Source of the DNA: an uncultured Chitinophagales bacterium
GTDB taxonomy: Bacteria > Bacteroidota > Bacteroidia > Chitinophagales > JADIYW01
Assembly (NCBI GenBank): GCA_964507125.1
Contig: CAZDOT010000001.1
Span: 47,559-111,558 of the forward strand
Direction of reading: 5' to 3'
DNA: 64,000 bases
Shown piece by piece: positions 1-10,364 of the stretch (positions are counted from its first letter, which is position 1; each line of letters opens with the position of its first letter). Below the pieces are notes generated by a model that was not told the origin of the DNA, searched no databases, and was given only the letters and a program-made list of their open reading frames with translations. A program made the translations under genes and the position numbers.

Positions 1-1257
1 TCTTTCTATTATGGTACAGGCACAACACCATCTACTCAATACGATTTTGAAAGTGTTGTTTTACATGAATTAGGGCATGCATTTGGGCAAGGTCATAATA
101 GCAACAATACAGAGGTAATGTATCCATCTTTATCAAATGGTGCAACTAAAAGAGTTTTAAATGAAAATTCTGATATTGCTAATATTTCAGATGTGGTAAA
201 TAGAAGTACACAAACCAAATCTTGCTATTATGAAAAACATATTTTAAGTCCAAACGTATGTACACAACAAACCAATAATACTCCAATTATTACACAATTT
301 GTAAGTAACAAAACAACCGGTTGTGTACCTTTCACCATTCAATTAACCGACCAATCCAGTGGAAATCCAACAGCATGGAAATGGGATATTTCCAATAATG
401 GAACAATTGATTACACCACTCAAAATCCATCGCATACATTTACGACTGCTGGAACGTACGCTATCAAATTAACTGCATACAACAATACCACTAAAGATTC
501 TATAACTAAAATCTCATATATCACTGTTGCCCCCGAGTTGAAACTCAATGTTGATGTGGTTCAAAATGTATCGTGCAACAATGGAAACAATGGTATATTA
601 AAAGCAATGCCATCTGGTGGAAATGGCACTTACACATTCCTTTGGAATAATAATCAAACCATTCCTCAATTAAGTAATGCAGCTGCAGGAACATATTCGG
701 TTACGGTTAAAGACGGATTTAGTTGTAGCGCCAGCAATTCTAAAACTATTACACAACCTGAGCCGATAAAAGTAAATATTACGACAGAAGAAATAAACGG
801 AAAATCTACGGCAACCATTAATGTTACCGGCGGCACTGCACCTTATACCTATGTATTAAACAATACACTCGAAATTTTTAGTACTATTTTTAATAATTTA
901 AATTCCGGTTTCTATAACGTAGTAGTAAAAGATAAAAACAACTGCATTCAAAACGCTTCCTTTTCTGTAGAAGCCAGCACGCCAGTAAATGAAACAGAAA
1001 TGCAATTTGAAGCATTAGATGTATACCCAAATCCTGCTTCCAATTTTGTGAACGTGAATTTATCGTTGAAAGAGTATAAAGATGTAAAAATGGAATTGTA
1101 TGACCTTGCAGGTAGAACCATCTATTACAATGAATTCAACAATATTAAAGAACAACAAGTGGCCGTTGATTTATCAAGCTTATCCGCAGGAACTTATTTA
1201 TTAAAATTCGGACTTCCGGAAGGTTCTACCTTTAGAAAAATAATAGTTAGCAAATAA
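1..1257 (+). CDS. Secreted zinc metalloprotease (5' end cut by window edge) with PKD-like and SprB-type repeat domains and a T9SS C-terminal sorting domain
   Basis: Frame 1 is open from base 1; the listed ORF 118..1257 only begins at the first internal Met. Nt 61-96 encode LHELGHAFGQGH, an HExxHxxGxxH metzincin zinc site. A PKD-like segment follows (GCVPFTIQLTDQSSGNPTAWKWDISNNG...HTFTTAGTYAIKLTAYN), then Cys/Gly repeats (CNNGNNG...GGNGTYTFLW; GGTAPYTYVL). The C-terminus LDVYPNPASNFVNVNL...AGTYLLKF fits the type-IX secretion CTD pattern. Confidence 0.8.
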   Translation, partial: SFYYGTGTTPSTQYDFESVVLHELGHAFGQGHNSNNTEVMYPSLSNGATKRVLNENSDIANISDVVNRSTQTKSCYYEKHILSPNVCTQQTNNTPIITQFVSNKTTGCVPFTIQLTDQSSGNPTAWKWDISNNGTIDYTTQNPSHTFTTAGTYAIKLTAYNNTTKDSITKISYITVAPELKLNVDVVQNVSCNNGNNGILKAMPSGGNGTYTFLWNNNQTIPQLSNAAAGTYSVTVKDGFSCSASNSKTITQPEPIKVNITTEEINGKSTATINVTGGTAPYTYVLNNTLEIFSTIFNNLNSGFYNVVVKDKNNCIQNASFSVEASTPVNETEMQFEALDVYPNPASNFVNVNLSLKEYKDVKMELYDLAGRTIYYNEFNNIKEQQVAVDLSSLSAGTYLLKFGLPEGSTFRKIIVSK

Positions 1258-1290
1258 AATCTTTTTGGTTATTTCATGAATGTTATGTGG

Positions 1291-1317
1291 ACCTGCGATT
1301 TCTATCGCGGGTTTTTC
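1291..1317 (+). terminator. Rho-independent terminator after the metalloprotease gene
   Basis: ACCTGCGAT-TTCT-ATCGCGGGT hairpin (one G.U pair) followed by TTTTT. Confidence 0.6.
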
Positions 1318-1350
1318 ATTATAATAATATAAATTTGAATGGCATTTAAT

Positions 1351-1358
1351 TAATTTTG
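1351..1358 (+). promoter_or_regulatory. Bacteroidota -7 promoter box (TAATTTTG) 5 nt upstream of the mnmA ATG
   Basis: Matches the TAnnTTTG consensus; the ATG is at 1364. Confidence 0.45.
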
Positions 1359-1363
1359 CTGGT

Positions 1364-2554
1364 ATGAAAAAACGAGTGGTAGTTGGTTTATCTGGCGGTG
1401 TAGATTCAAGTGTGGCAGCTCACTTGATGATACAACAAGGATATGATGTAATTGGATTATTTATGAAAAATTGGCACGATGGCAGTGTTACAATTCAAGG
1501 TGATTGCCCTTGGGTAGATGATAGCAATGATGCACTCTTGGTTGCTCAAAAATTAGGCATTCCTTTTCAAACGCTGGATTTAAGTGATGAGTATAAAGCT
1601 CGGATTGTAGATTACATGTTTTCGGAATATCAAGCAGGAAGAACGCCCAATCCGGATGTTTTATGTAATCGAGAAATAAAATTCGATATTTTCTTAAAAC
1701 ATGCACTTAACTTGGGTGCGGATTTTGTTGCCACCGGACATTATTGTAGAAAAGGAATAATAGAAAAAAAAAGTGCAACCATCTATCAACTTTTATCCGG
1801 AAAAGATGACAATAAAGATCAAAGTTATTTTTTATGTCAATTAAATCAAGCACAGCTTAGCAAGGCTCTTTTTCCTATTGGTGAACTCACCAAACCCGAA
1901 GTTCGTGCTATTGCAAAAGAAATAGGATTAGCTACTGCGGAAAAGAAAGACTCACAAGGATTATGTTTTATAGGCAAAGTACGTTTACCTGATTTTTTAC
2001 AGCAACAATTAGAACCCAAAAAAGGAAATGCCATTCTAATTCCTTCGCAAGAAAACAAGCCCGATTATAGATACGAGTTTACCAATTGCACAGATTCGGA
2101 ATTGATACAATTAACACAAGCAAATCAATTTAAAGCCACAGATGGCAACGTTATTGGCGAACATAATGGCGCACATTTTTATACTATTGGACAAAGAAAG
2201 GGTGTGAAAATTGGCGGCTTTAAAGAGCCATTATTTGTCATACAAACAGATACGCAACATAATCTACTATTCTTGGGTGAAGGCGAACAACATTTTGGAT
2301 TAAACCGACCGGGATTATTTATTCCTTCTCAAGATGTTCATTTTATCAGAGAAGATGTAAGATTGAATATTAGTGAGCAACGCACCTACAAAGCCCGAAT
2401 CAGATACAGACAGCCCTTAGAAGAATGTTGCCTATATCAACGAGAAAATGGATTGTATATCATTTTTAAAAATCTACAAAAAGGTATTGCCCCCGGACAA
2501 TTTTGTACATGGTACGATGGCGATGAGTTAATAGGTAGTGGCGTTATTGCATAA
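1364..2554 (+). CDS. mnmA: tRNA 2-thiouridine(34) synthase MnmA
   Basis: PP-loop motif [32 protein letters not shown] and the overall length are typical of MnmA/TrmU. Confidence 0.93.
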   Translation: MKKRVVVGLSGGVDSSVAAHLMIQQGYDVIGLFMKNWHDGSVTIQGDCPWVDDSNDALLVAQKLGIPFQTLDLSDEYKARIVDYMFSEYQAGRTPNPDVLCNREIKFDIFLKHALNLGADFVATGHYCRKGIIEKKSATIYQLLSGKDDNKDQSYFLCQLNQAQLSKALFPIGELTKPEVRAIAKEIGLATAEKKDSQGLCFIGKVRLPDFLQQQLEPKKGNAILIPSQENKPDYRYEFTNCTDSELIQLTQANQFKATDGNVIGEHNGAHFYTIGQRKGVKIGGFKEPLFVIQTDTQHNLLFLGEGEQHFGLNRPGLFIPSQDVHFIREDVRLNISEQRTYKARIRYRQPLEECCLYQRENGLYIIFKNLQKGIAPGQFCTWYDGDELIGSGVIA

Positions 2555-2583
2555 AAAAACCTCGATTAAGAATAACCGAGGAC
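2553..2583 (-). terminator. Rho-independent terminator of the small membrane protein gene
   Basis: On the minus strand a CCTCG-N12-CGAGG hairpin is followed by TTTTTTT. The plus-strand reading lacks a T-run. Confidence 0.5.
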
Positions 2584-2619
2584 AAAACTTATAACCATGA
2601 AAACAAATCGATTATCAAA

Positions 2620-2856
2620 CTAATGATGATCGTTATTATTCAATACTCTATCACTAGCAAATGCAATACCTGCTGCTAAGAGTAAAATAGAAACTATAAA
2701 AAAATAAGGTGTTCCTGAATGAATGAATGTCATTTGTTTTGCTTCATTGTAATCCAAATGTGCATTTGTATTCATATACAAGAAAGTAGATACAATTAAA
2801 TATACTGTTCCCAACACGCATAATACCGCACCGAAAACTTTAGTCATTTTTGCCAT
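2620..2856 (-). CDS. Small two-TM membrane protein, function unknown
   Basis: 78 codons with an ATG start, two hydrophobic helices (VFGAVLCVLGTVYLIVSTFLY; FFIVSILLLAAGIAFA) and its own terminator. Confidence 0.5.
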   Translation of the reverse strand: MAKMTKVFGAVLCVLGTVYLIVSTFLYMNTNAHLDYNEAKQMTFIHSGTPYFFIVSILLLAAGIAFASDRVLNNNDHH

Positions 2857-2945
2857 TGAAAGTTAATTTTTCACAAATTTAAACAATCTACCAATAAAAT
2901 GGTACAAAAAAATCAACATAAAAATAAAATAATACTGAAATCGGC

Positions 2946-4190
2946 TTATTGATTGCTCACTACCTTAATTCTTAAGGCAATAAAAATGCAAATAATGCCG
3001 CTAATAATAGAAATATAGCCTACGTGATTGAAATTTTCCACCTTGCCTTCCGGTGTAATGCTTACTACCAAACCACAAACCAAAGCGGCAACACCGGAAC
3101 CTAACTCTAAAAATGCGGAACGCATGCTCATAAAACCACCTCGTTTTTCGGGTGTGGTGGCACCAGTCATGATGGTATAAGCCGGAATAATTCTACCGGC
3201 AGCAAATACAAAAAATAAAATGCAAATACCAAATGCCAAATACAAGTTTACCTCTTTAATGTTGGTACTAATCCAAATTGGAATAAAAGACAACAACAAC
3301 AAGACGATAAATGAAGGCAAATTTCCTTTTTTATCACAAATTTTTCCGATTATAGGTGATGCAATTACTGTAGCAAGTCCACCTACCGCATACATCAACG
3401 ATTTAAGATGTTTATCAAATCCAATATTATTTTCAAAATATGGAACGATGAAAGTGATAACTACTTGATGCCCGAAAACCAATAAGAAAGCCAACAACAA
3501 GGCATACAATTGATTGGGATCTTTAAATACTTGTTTGGCATATGAAAATTGAATTTTCTTACTTTCTATATTTTTTAAATGCTCCTTCACCGGCGGAATC
3601 CAAACTATTAAAGCAAATAAAGTCAACACCGAAATAACAGCTAATACTTTAAAAGGCATTTGTATATCGTATACACTGGCAAGCGACAAACCAAACGGAA
3701 TACCGGTGATGGCCGCCACTGCAAACGACAGCGAAATAATACTGATTGCTGTAGCACGTCTATCGTACGGAATTAAATCACTTATTATAGAAGTGATTAC
3801 CCCACCGATGATACCACCAAATACGCCTGCGATACCTCTATATAAAATAAAAAGATGAAAATTATACGCAAATCCGCACAAAGCTGTTCCAATAATAAAC
3901 CCGATGAAAGTATAAATCAATAGATTTTTACGGTCGAATTTATCCATAATGCCTGCTGATAAAATACCGGCAATAAACGCCATTACCGAGTACGATGACA
4001 CCAACAAAGTTGATTCAATTGCACTTACATGAAAGGTTTTAATTACTTCATTAATGAGTGGCATCAACAACATAGAATCTACGGAAGCTAGATAACCTAC
4101 AAATGCCAATAAAAAAACTAATAAATATTCATTCTTCCTGCCATGTGGCATTTCCGATTCTTCTATTACAATATTATCTAACGTATCCAT
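2946..4190 (-). CDS. MFS transporter
   Basis: About 12 predicted TM helices and an MFS loop motif (GIMDKFDRKNLL). It starts 4 nt after the galK stop, so it is probably co-transcribed. Confidence 0.8.
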   Translation of the reverse strand: MDTLDNIVIEESEMPHGRKNEYLLVFLLAFVGYLASVDSMLLMPLINEVIKTFHVSAIESTLLVSSYSVMAFIAGILSAGIMDKFDRKNLLIYTFIGFIIGTALCGFAYNFHLFILYRGIAGVFGGIIGGVITSIISDLIPYDRRATAISIISLSFAVAAITGIPFGLSLASVYDIQMPFKVLAVISVLTLFALIVWIPPVKEHLKNIESKKIQFSYAKQVFKDPNQLYALLLAFLLVFGHQVVITFIVPYFENNIGFDKHLKSLMYAVGGLATVIASPIIGKICDKKGNLPSFIVLLLLSFIPIWISTNIKEVNLYLAFGICILFFVFAAGRIIPAYTIMTGATTPEKRGGFMSMRSAFLELGSGVAALVCGLVVSITPEGKVENFNHVGYISIISGIICIFIALRIKVVSNQ

Positions 4191-4194
4191 GTTA

Positions 4195-5367
4195 TTAATT
4201 CATCTTAGTCTTATCATCTAAATTTTTTACTCCATCCACAATATCTACTTCATAAAATGACGCTGATAAGCCTGTTTTTTCTGTATATTTTTTGGCAACA
4301 TACGAAATAAATTTCTTTGTTCTATCTTTTTTTACCAACGCAATGCAACAACCACCAAAACCGGCACCTGTCATGCGTGCACCAATGCAACCATCAAAAT
4401 GCGTGCTATAATGTACTATCATATTTAATTCGTGGCAACTCACTTCGTAATCGGTATCCAACGAAATATGTGATTCGGTTAGTTGCTCGCCTACTATTTC
4501 TAAAGCACTTTTCTCCAATGCTTGCACTACATGTAACACACGTTGATTTTCTAAGATAGCATGTTTGGCACGTTGATATAAAATATCATCTTCCAAATAC
4601 GCCAACGAAATTACATGCACATTGCACAAATTTTCGGCAATATCATATTTTTTGAGTAGTTGAAAAGCTTGTTCGCATTCTGTTCTGCGTTCATTATATT
4701 TTGATTCAGCTAAAGAACGCGGTTTATTAGAATTGATAATAATGAATTGATACGCACCAAAATTAGCCGGAATGAGTTGATGTGAAATATCGGCACAATT
4801 CAACAACATGGCATAATCTTTTTTACCATTAGCTACGGCAAATTGATCCATAATGCCGCATTGCACACCAATGTAAGTTCGTTCAGCATGTTGTGCATCG
4901 ATAGCTAATGCAACTCTATTGTTTTCATAAAAAAATTCATTAAATATATACGCAATCAAACATTCTATAGAAGCTGATGAAGACAAACCGGCACCTAAAG
5001 GTAAATCACTTGCCAACAAAATATCTGCTCCTACTAAATTAACTTGCTTATCTTTTAAAACTTGCAACGTTGCTTTTACATAATCTGACCAATGTAATTT
5101 TTTATTTTCTAAAAAATGAAATTCATCTTCCATTGAAAACTGTATCATTTCTTTAAAATCACAAGAATAAATTCGAACGGTTGTATCTTTTCTTTTTTTT
5201 CGGAGTGCTGTAATACCTAATGAAATAGCAACAGGTAAAACAAAACCACCATTATAATCGATGTGTTCACCAATTAAATTCACTCTACCAGGTGAGAAAT
5301 ATGCAGTATCTTCTACACAATTAAATTGTTGAAGAAAGGTATCTTTTAATTCATTTACGGAAATCAT
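4195..5367 (-). CDS. galK: Galactokinase
   Basis: Galactokinase signature GRVNLIGEHIDYNGG and GHMP kinase ATP motif PLGAGLSSSAS. Confidence 0.9.
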   Translation of the reverse strand: MISVNELKDTFLQQFNCVEDTAYFSPGRVNLIGEHIDYNGGFVLPVAISLGITALRKKRKDTTVRIYSCDFKEMIQFSMEDEFHFLENKKLHWSDYVKATLQVLKDKQVNLVGADILLASDLPLGAGLSSSASIECLIAYIFNEFFYENNRVALAIDAQHAERTYIGVQCGIMDQFAVANGKKDYAMLLNCADISHQLIPANFGAYQFIIINSNKPRSLAESKYNERRTECEQAFQLLKKYDIAENLCNVHVISLAYLEDDILYQRAKHAILENQRVLHVVQALEKSALEIVGEQLTESHISLDTDYEVSCHELNMIVHYSTHFDGCIGARMTGAGFGGCCIALVKKDRTKKFISYVAKKYTEKTGLSASFYEVDIVDGVKNLDDKTKMN

Positions 5368-5501
5368 ACTATCGGTTTACAAATTTATAAAAATACAAAA
5401 GTAGCAGGTTACCTATATTTAAGTAAATTATTCTACCCATAAAATAGGAATAAATGTTGGAATAATTTTCAATTCTCAATAATCCATTTTACTTTTACTC
5501 T

Positions 5502-5972
5502 ATGAAAAAGATTGCCATTTTTCCGGGTTCATTTGATCCAATAACAGTCGGACATGTAGATATTGTTACCAGAGCGATTCCTTTGTTTGATGAAATTATA
5601 ATTGCAATTGGCGTCAATACGCAAAAAAAATATCTATTCAGTTTAGAACAACGCATAGAATGGATACAAAAAGTATTTGCCCATCATCCATCTGTAAAAG
5701 TAGAATCATATACCGGATTGACCGTTAATTATTGCCAACAAAAAAATGCTAAATACATTATAAGAGGTATTCGTTCCTCTGCTGATTTTGAATACGAGAA
5801 AACAATTGCACAATTAAACCAAATGATGCAACCGGATTTAGAAACAATGTTGATTTTATCATCTCCGGCATTATCGGCAATATCCTCTACCATCGTTCGT
5901 GAAATTATTATCGGCAAAGGCGATACCAGCAAGTTTTTACCCAAAGAAGTAAATATTGAAATGGCACATTAA
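5502..5972 (+). CDS. coaD: Phosphopantetheine adenylyltransferase
   Basis: FPGSFDPITVGHVDIV (nucleotidyltransferase HxGH-type motif), a length of about 156 aa, and the ISSTIVREI motif. Confidence 0.92.
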   Translation: MKKIAIFPGSFDPITVGHVDIVTRAIPLFDEIIIAIGVNTQKKYLFSLEQRIEWIQKVFAHHPSVKVESYTGLTVNYCQQKNAKYIIRGIRSSADFEYEKTIAQLNQMMQPDLETMLILSSPALSAISSTIVREIIIGKGDTSKFLPKEVNIEMAH

Positions 5973-6082
5973 ATAAGCTTTTTAGTGGCTCGTTAGTTTA
6001 TTTCTATCAAATTATACAATTTCTTTTTGAAAAATGCCATTTTCAGTTTACACTAATTTAACACTAATCCATCTGTAATAGA

Positions 6083-6113
6083 TTTGAAATTCAGGGTATA
6101 TTCTCTATCTTTG
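6083..6113 (+). promoter_or_regulatory. Putative rpsP promoter (-33 TTTG / -7 TATCTTTG)
   Basis: TTTG at 6083-6086 and TATCTTTG at 6106-6113 give a 19-nt spacer. The box lies about 72 nt upstream of the rpsP ATG. Confidence 0.4.
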
Positions 6114-6185
6114 CAGTTCATTTTCAAAACCTGAATACTCTTTTTGGAGGCAAACAGGACTAAAAAAATTAAAACATATTTCAAT

Positions 6186-6695
6186 ATGGCAACAAGATTA
6201 AGACTACAAAGACACGGTGCTAAAGGTGCACCTTTCTACAAAATCGTAGCGGCAGACAGCCGTGCGAGAAGAGATGGTAAGTACATCGAGCAAGTAGGAA
6301 CCTACAACCCTACTACTATTCCTGCTACTATCACTTTAGATGTGGACAAAGCGGTAAAATGGCTTCAAAATGGTGCTGAGCCAACTACAACTGTAAAAGC
6401 TATCCTTTCTTACAAAGGAGCTATGTATAAAAAACACTTATTACGTGGTGTAACAATGGGCGTAGTTAAAGCTGAAGATGTAGAAGCTAAATTCAACGAA
6501 TGGGCTGCTAAAAAAGATGGTAAAGTATTAGACCACAAAGCAAAAGCAGAAGCTAAGAAAAAAGAGAAAAACGAAGCTATCATTAACACACCTGCAAAAG
6601 TTAAAGAAGTTCCGGTAGAAGCTACGGAAGAAACTTCAACTGAAAATGTTGAAGCAACTGAAGCAACTGAAACTCCGGCAGAATCTGCAGAATAA
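6186..6695 (+). CDS. rpsP: 30S ribosomal protein S16 with a long K/E/A/T-rich C-terminal extension
   Basis: MATRLRLQRHGAKGAPFYKIVAADSRARRDGKYIEQVGTYNP is the canonical S16 N-terminus. The ATG at 6186 is preferred over the upstream ORF start at 6144. The C-terminal half is low complexity. Confidence 0.9.
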   Translation: MATRLRLQRHGAKGAPFYKIVAADSRARRDGKYIEQVGTYNPTTIPATITLDVDKAVKWLQNGAEPTTTVKAILSYKGAMYKKHLLRGVTMGVVKAEDVEAKFNEWAAKKDGKVLDHKAKAEAKKKEKNEAIINTPAKVKEVPVEATEETSTENVEATEATETPAESAE

Positions 6696-6712
6696 GTATA
6701 GCAAACTATATC

Positions 6713-6745
6713 AAAAAATCCCGACCTTTACGTCGGGATTTTTTA
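6713..6745 (+). terminator. Rho-independent terminator after rpsP
   Basis: ATCCCGAC-loop-GTCGGGAT hairpin flanked by an A-run and TTTTT. Confidence 0.7.
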
Positions 6746-6773
6746 TTACTATTTCATCCAAATAATAAAATAA

Positions 6774-7271
6774 ATGGAGCTCATAAAAATAGGTAAAGTA
6801 CTGAAAACACACGGTTTCAAAGGGCATTTAAAAATATTCATCGATGAATTTTACATGAATGACTTTGAAGACATGACAGCAATTTTCATCAACGGACTTC
6901 CCTATTTCATACAATCTAAAGATATCAACACAGATTCGCAAGCCATTATATTGTTGGAAGAAATAGACAGCAAAGAAAAAGCACATAAATTGCAAGGCAA
7001 AGAAATATTAGCCAAAGAAGATGATTTGACTGAAATTTTGGATGGCACAGAATATGACGAATTAATTGGATATGAAATAAGAGATGTAAATATTGGCAAC
7101 ATCGGAAAAATTGAAAAAATTATTGAAATGCCATTCCAATTTTTAGCTCAAATAAAAAAAGAAAAAAAAGAAATTTTAATTCCGTTAAATGATGATTTTA
7201 TTCTAAAAATTGACAAGAAAAAGAAAATAGTGGAAATGCAATTACCCGATGGAATTTTAGAAATTTTCTAA
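6774..7271 (+). CDS. rimM: 16S rRNA processing protein RimM
   Basis: N-terminus [16 protein letters not shown] is typical of RimM. The gene sits in the conserved position between rpsP and trmD. Confidence 0.8.
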   Translation: MELIKIGKVLKTHGFKGHLKIFIDEFYMNDFEDMTAIFINGLPYFIQSKDINTDSQAIILLEEIDSKEKAHKLQGKEILAKEDDLTEILDGTEYDELIGYEIRDVNIGNIGKIEKIIEMPFQFLAQIKKEKKEILIPLNDDFILKIDKKKKIVEMQLPDGILEIF

Positions 7272-7299
7272 CTCAAAACACGAATTACATTCACTTACT

Positions 7300-7980
7300 A
7301 TGCGTATTGATATACTATCTGCTGTTCCTGATTTGATGCAAAGTTTTTTTGCGCATTCCATTTTACATCGAGCCAAAGAAAGAGGTTTATTGGAAATACA
7401 TTTGCATAATATTCATGATTACTCTAAAAAGAAATTTAAGCAAATAGACGATTACCAATTTGGTGGTGGTGCCGGCATGGTAATGGCAATTGAACCTATT
7501 TTAACATGTATAGAAAAATTACAAAGTGAACGCCCTTACGATGAAATCATTTTTATGACACCGGATGGCGAGCTATTAGAACAAAAAACAGTGAACCAAC
7601 TTTCTCTCAAAAAAAACATCATCGTTTTGTGTGGTCATTACAAAGGAATAGATGAACGTTTGCGAGAACATGTTATTACCAAAGAAATTTCAATTGGTAG
7701 TTATGTGCTTTCCGGTGGTGAATTGCCTGCTGCCGTGTTGGTAGATGCCATTGGCCGTTTAATTCCGGGTGTCTTGAACGATGAAACGTCGGCATTATCC
7801 GATTCTTTTCAAGATAATTTACTGGCTCCGCCGGTTTACACTCGCCCATCCGATTACAAAGGCTGGAAAGTGCCGGATGTGCTACTTTCCGGCAACGATA
7901 AGCTCATTCAAGAATGGCGTTATCAACAATCTTTAGAGCGAACTAAGAAAAGAAGACCGGATTTATTAGAAAACGATTAA
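7300..7980 (+). CDS. trmD: tRNA (guanine37-N1)-methyltransferase TrmD
   Basis: [35 protein letters not shown] and [14 protein letters not shown] are TrmD hallmark segments. Confidence 0.93.
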   Translation: MRIDILSAVPDLMQSFFAHSILHRAKERGLLEIHLHNIHDYSKKKFKQIDDYQFGGGAGMVMAIEPILTCIEKLQSERPYDEIIFMTPDGELLEQKTVNQLSLKKNIIVLCGHYKGIDERLREHVITKEISIGSYVLSGGELPAAVLVDAIGRLIPGVLNDETSALSDSFQDNLLAPPVYTRPSDYKGWKVPDVLLSGNDKLIQEWRYQQSLERTKKRRPDLLEND

Positions 7981-8008
7981 ATAACATTGCTATTAACTAA
8001 AAAATACG

Positions 8009-8016
8009 TAACTTTG
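8009..8016 (+). promoter_or_regulatory. -7 promoter box (TAACTTTG) upstream of rplS
   Basis: TAnnTTTG match 22 nt upstream of the rplS ATG, inside the trmD-rplS gap. Confidence 0.4.
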
Positions 8017-8038
8017 CAAACGCAAAAAATGGAATACC

Positions 8039-8395
8039 ATGGAAAAGGTTAAAGAATTAACAAAAAAATTGACAGCAGAAAAGCAAATCCCTGAATTTAA
8101 AGCAGGTGACAACATAAACGTACACTACAAAATTATTGAAGGAACAAAAGAACGTATTCAGATTTTCCGTGGTGATGTAATTGAGCGAAAAGGAACCGGT
8201 GCTACACAAACATTTACTGTTCGTAAAATTTCTAACGGCGTTGGTGTAGAAAGAATCTTTCCTTTATTGTCGCCAAACATCGACAAAATTGAAGTAAATA
8301 AAATAGGTAAAGTACGTAGAGCTAAAATTTTCTACATCAGAGAATTAAAAGGTAAAGCATCTCGTATTAAAGAATTGGTTAAATCCACAAAATAG
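8039..8395 (+). CDS. rplS: 50S ribosomal protein L19
   Basis: [31 protein letters not shown] and [18 protein letters not shown] are typical L19 sequence. Confidence 0.93.
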   Translation: MEKVKELTKKLTAEKQIPEFKAGDNINVHYKIIEGTKERIQIFRGDVIERKGTGATQTFTVRKISNGVGVERIFPLLSPNIDKIEVNKIGKVRRAKIFYIRELKGKASRIKELVKSTK

Positions 8396-8419
8396 TTTTC
8401 ATAATTTTTTTTGTTAGAA

Positions 8420-8449
8420 AAGAATCCCGACTTTGGTCGGGATTTTTTA
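8420..8449 (+). terminator. Rho-independent terminator after rplS
   Basis: AATCCCGAC-TTTG-GTCGGGATT hairpin followed by TTTTT. It has the same stem sequence as the rpsP terminator. Confidence 0.7.
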
Positions 8450-8460
8450 TTGCATATTAT

Positions 8461-8496
8461 AAAAACTTAGGGCTGCGATGCAATCGCAGCCCTAAG
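8461..8496 (-). terminator. Rho-independent terminator of the DUF4139-like gene
   Basis: Perfect 14-bp stem CTTAGGGCTGCGAT / ATCGCAGCCCTAAG with a 3-nt loop. It is followed by TTTTT on the minus strand. Confidence 0.7.
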
Positions 8497-8538
8497 CAAA
8501 CTACTTCGACAAGGATTTTCTATCCGTAGTTATTTTGA

Positions 8539-10173
8539 TTAATTGCGTTCTGTTACTTGTTTGTCTTTAGGATATTTCACCGAATACACCAATTTTATTT
8601 TCTTAGCTTCATTCGGTTGTAATTTTATTTTCCAAATCAACTTACCATATTCTTCCGTAACAATTGCTCCATCTGCTTCTTCTAATTTCACTTCTATCTG
8701 TGCATTTTTAGAAATTGGATATTGATCCAAGATTTCAATCTCTACTGCGGTTGATTTGTTGTTTTTAATTACCGTCTCAAACGCTTTTGTTTCTTTGATG
8801 TTTCCACTCAATAATTTCTTCGATGCAAAATCATTTAACTTCACACGTTTGATATTTATTTTCTCATCTCTTCCTAAAGAAATCAATAAGGTATCTGCAC
8901 TTACATTCGGATTCAAATATGATTTTCCTACATAATTATCATCGTAAAAAATATTGGCCTCGCCAGCTAATAAATTGTATTTAGCCCAATCTGTAACTTT
9001 TGCCAATAAATAAGCCGTCATATCCAACTTAGGCACTGCATGATAAGAGTACACAGCCGGCATTTCTATTTCTTGGATGCCAACAATATGATCTTTATTA
9101 TCGCTTTCAATATCTTGCAAAGTTTCAATCGCATATTCCACAGCCATATCGCCTTCCAAAATTGTTACATGGTTATCCTCTGATTTTAAACCATCTTCAA
9201 ATGCTTCTTCACCGGAAGTGCGTGCAATATCAATAGTTGCAGGTGCCATTGCCATATTGGCTTTCTCCATCATTTGTCCTGTTGTATAACTTTTTTTCAT
9301 TTTATATTGATAGTAATCGGGTTGAAAAAAATCAACATAAATCGGATATAAAACCGGACGTTCGTGGTTTGAAGACGGATTGGCGGTAGACAAAGTTAGC
9401 TTCACATCTTTCCAATCATAGCCTGTATTTTGAACTACTTTAGCACGGCAATCCAATTGCAAAGGTGCATTGTTGTTTTTAGCACGAATATCATAAATAG
9501 GTGTCCAATACGCATTGCTTACGATGTAAGAACATTTAAAAGTAACAGCACCACTTGTTTTAGCATTTACTTTTAATACAATTTCTTTCACTTGATTTTT
9601 TTGTTTTCCATTTAACTCTGTTAATTGCGCTTGCAACTTCGTTACTTTTTCTTTAGATGCTTTTTGTTTTTTAGAAACATCAAATACTAATTTTCTCAAT
9701 TCAATGGAACGCACGCGATACAAATCAGCCAAGTCTTTTACTTGTTGTGGCGTAAATGTGGTTTTATCATTCGACAATTTTCTATTCTCATCTAATATTT
9801 TTAATTCATCTTGATAGGCTAGTATTTGTTGGCTCATCCAAGCAATATCATCGTTTAATATCTCAATGGAATCAGAAATTTTTTCTGCTTGTGCCGATTT
9901 AATTTTATCTGTAAGATAATTATATCGTGTAAACACAGACAGAATTTTCACGTTGCCTTTGGTTGCAATTTGCAATGTGTTATCATCTAAATAAGTGCTT
10001 ACATTGGAAATAACCACTTCACTATTACCTTCCGGAAGTGTTGTATTTGCCCATCGAGTTTCTTTGGCATAATTTCTAAAAACGGTAACTTCTTTTACCT
10101 TAGAATCTTGGATATTGATGGCTTGTGAAAATAGTGCCATCAACATAAACGGAATAAAAAATAACTGTTTCAT
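8539..10173 (-). CDS. DUF4140/DUF4139 (mucoidy-inhibitor MuiA-like, TIGR02231-type) secreted protein
   Basis: Signal peptide, then an N-terminal beta segment (VKEVTVFRNYAKETRW...GNSEVVISNVS...LQIATKGNVKILSV), a central coiled coil, and a C-terminal beta-rich domain. Family assignment is by recalled architecture, not by search. Confidence 0.55.
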   Translation of the reverse strand: MKQLFFIPFMLMALFSQAINIQDSKVKEVTVFRNYAKETRWANTTLPEGNSEVVISNVSTYLDDNTLQIATKGNVKILSVFTRYNYLTDKIKSAQAEKISDSIEILNDDIAWMSQQILAYQDELKILDENRKLSNDKTTFTPQQVKDLADLYRVRSIELRKLVFDVSKKQKASKEKVTKLQAQLTELNGKQKNQVKEIVLKVNAKTSGAVTFKCSYIVSNAYWTPIYDIRAKNNNAPLQLDCRAKVVQNTGYDWKDVKLTLSTANPSSNHERPVLYPIYVDFFQPDYYQYKMKKSYTTGQMMEKANMAMAPATIDIARTSGEEAFEDGLKSEDNHVTILEGDMAVEYAIETLQDIESDNKDHIVGIQEIEMPAVYSYHAVPKLDMTAYLLAKVTDWAKYNLLAGEANIFYDDNYVGKSYLNPNVSADTLLISLGRDEKINIKRVKLNDFASKKLLSGNIKETKAFETVIKNNKSTAVEIEILDQYPISKNAQIEVKLEEADGAIVTEEYGKLIWKIKLQPNEAKKIKLVYSVKYPKDKQVTERN

Positions 10174-10364
10174 ATTTTGCTTTTTTGATTACACATCAAA
10201 TTTGAAGCAAAATATTTAGACTGTAAAAATGATAAGCAAAATTATGATACGTCTAAAACAATAAATATAAACGCAAAAATATAATTATCAATTACTTATG
10301 ACTATTATAATGATACATAGTACATTATAAAAAGATAGCGTTAATAAATGTTATGATACAAAAA

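Noticed and set aside
6144-6185. N-terminal extensions offered by the ORF track for rpsP. Analogous extensions occur at 12812..12898, 22444..22473, 34794..34826, 38558..38581, 44733..44753, 60468..60581 and 62567..62584.
   Set aside because: Several of the extended starts are TTG codons or run through AT-rich promoter-like sequence, including -7 boxes. In one case the extension overlaps the divergent neighbour's start. The internal ATG gives the family-typical N-terminus in each case.
6450-6695. The long K/E/A/T-rich tail of S16, considered as a fused second gene or a frameshift
   Set aside because: The frame is continuous with the canonical S16 domain and is followed by a strong terminator. 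Extended S16 tails are, as far as I recall, usual in this phylum. The compositional resemblance to the small lipoproteins is probably coincidental.
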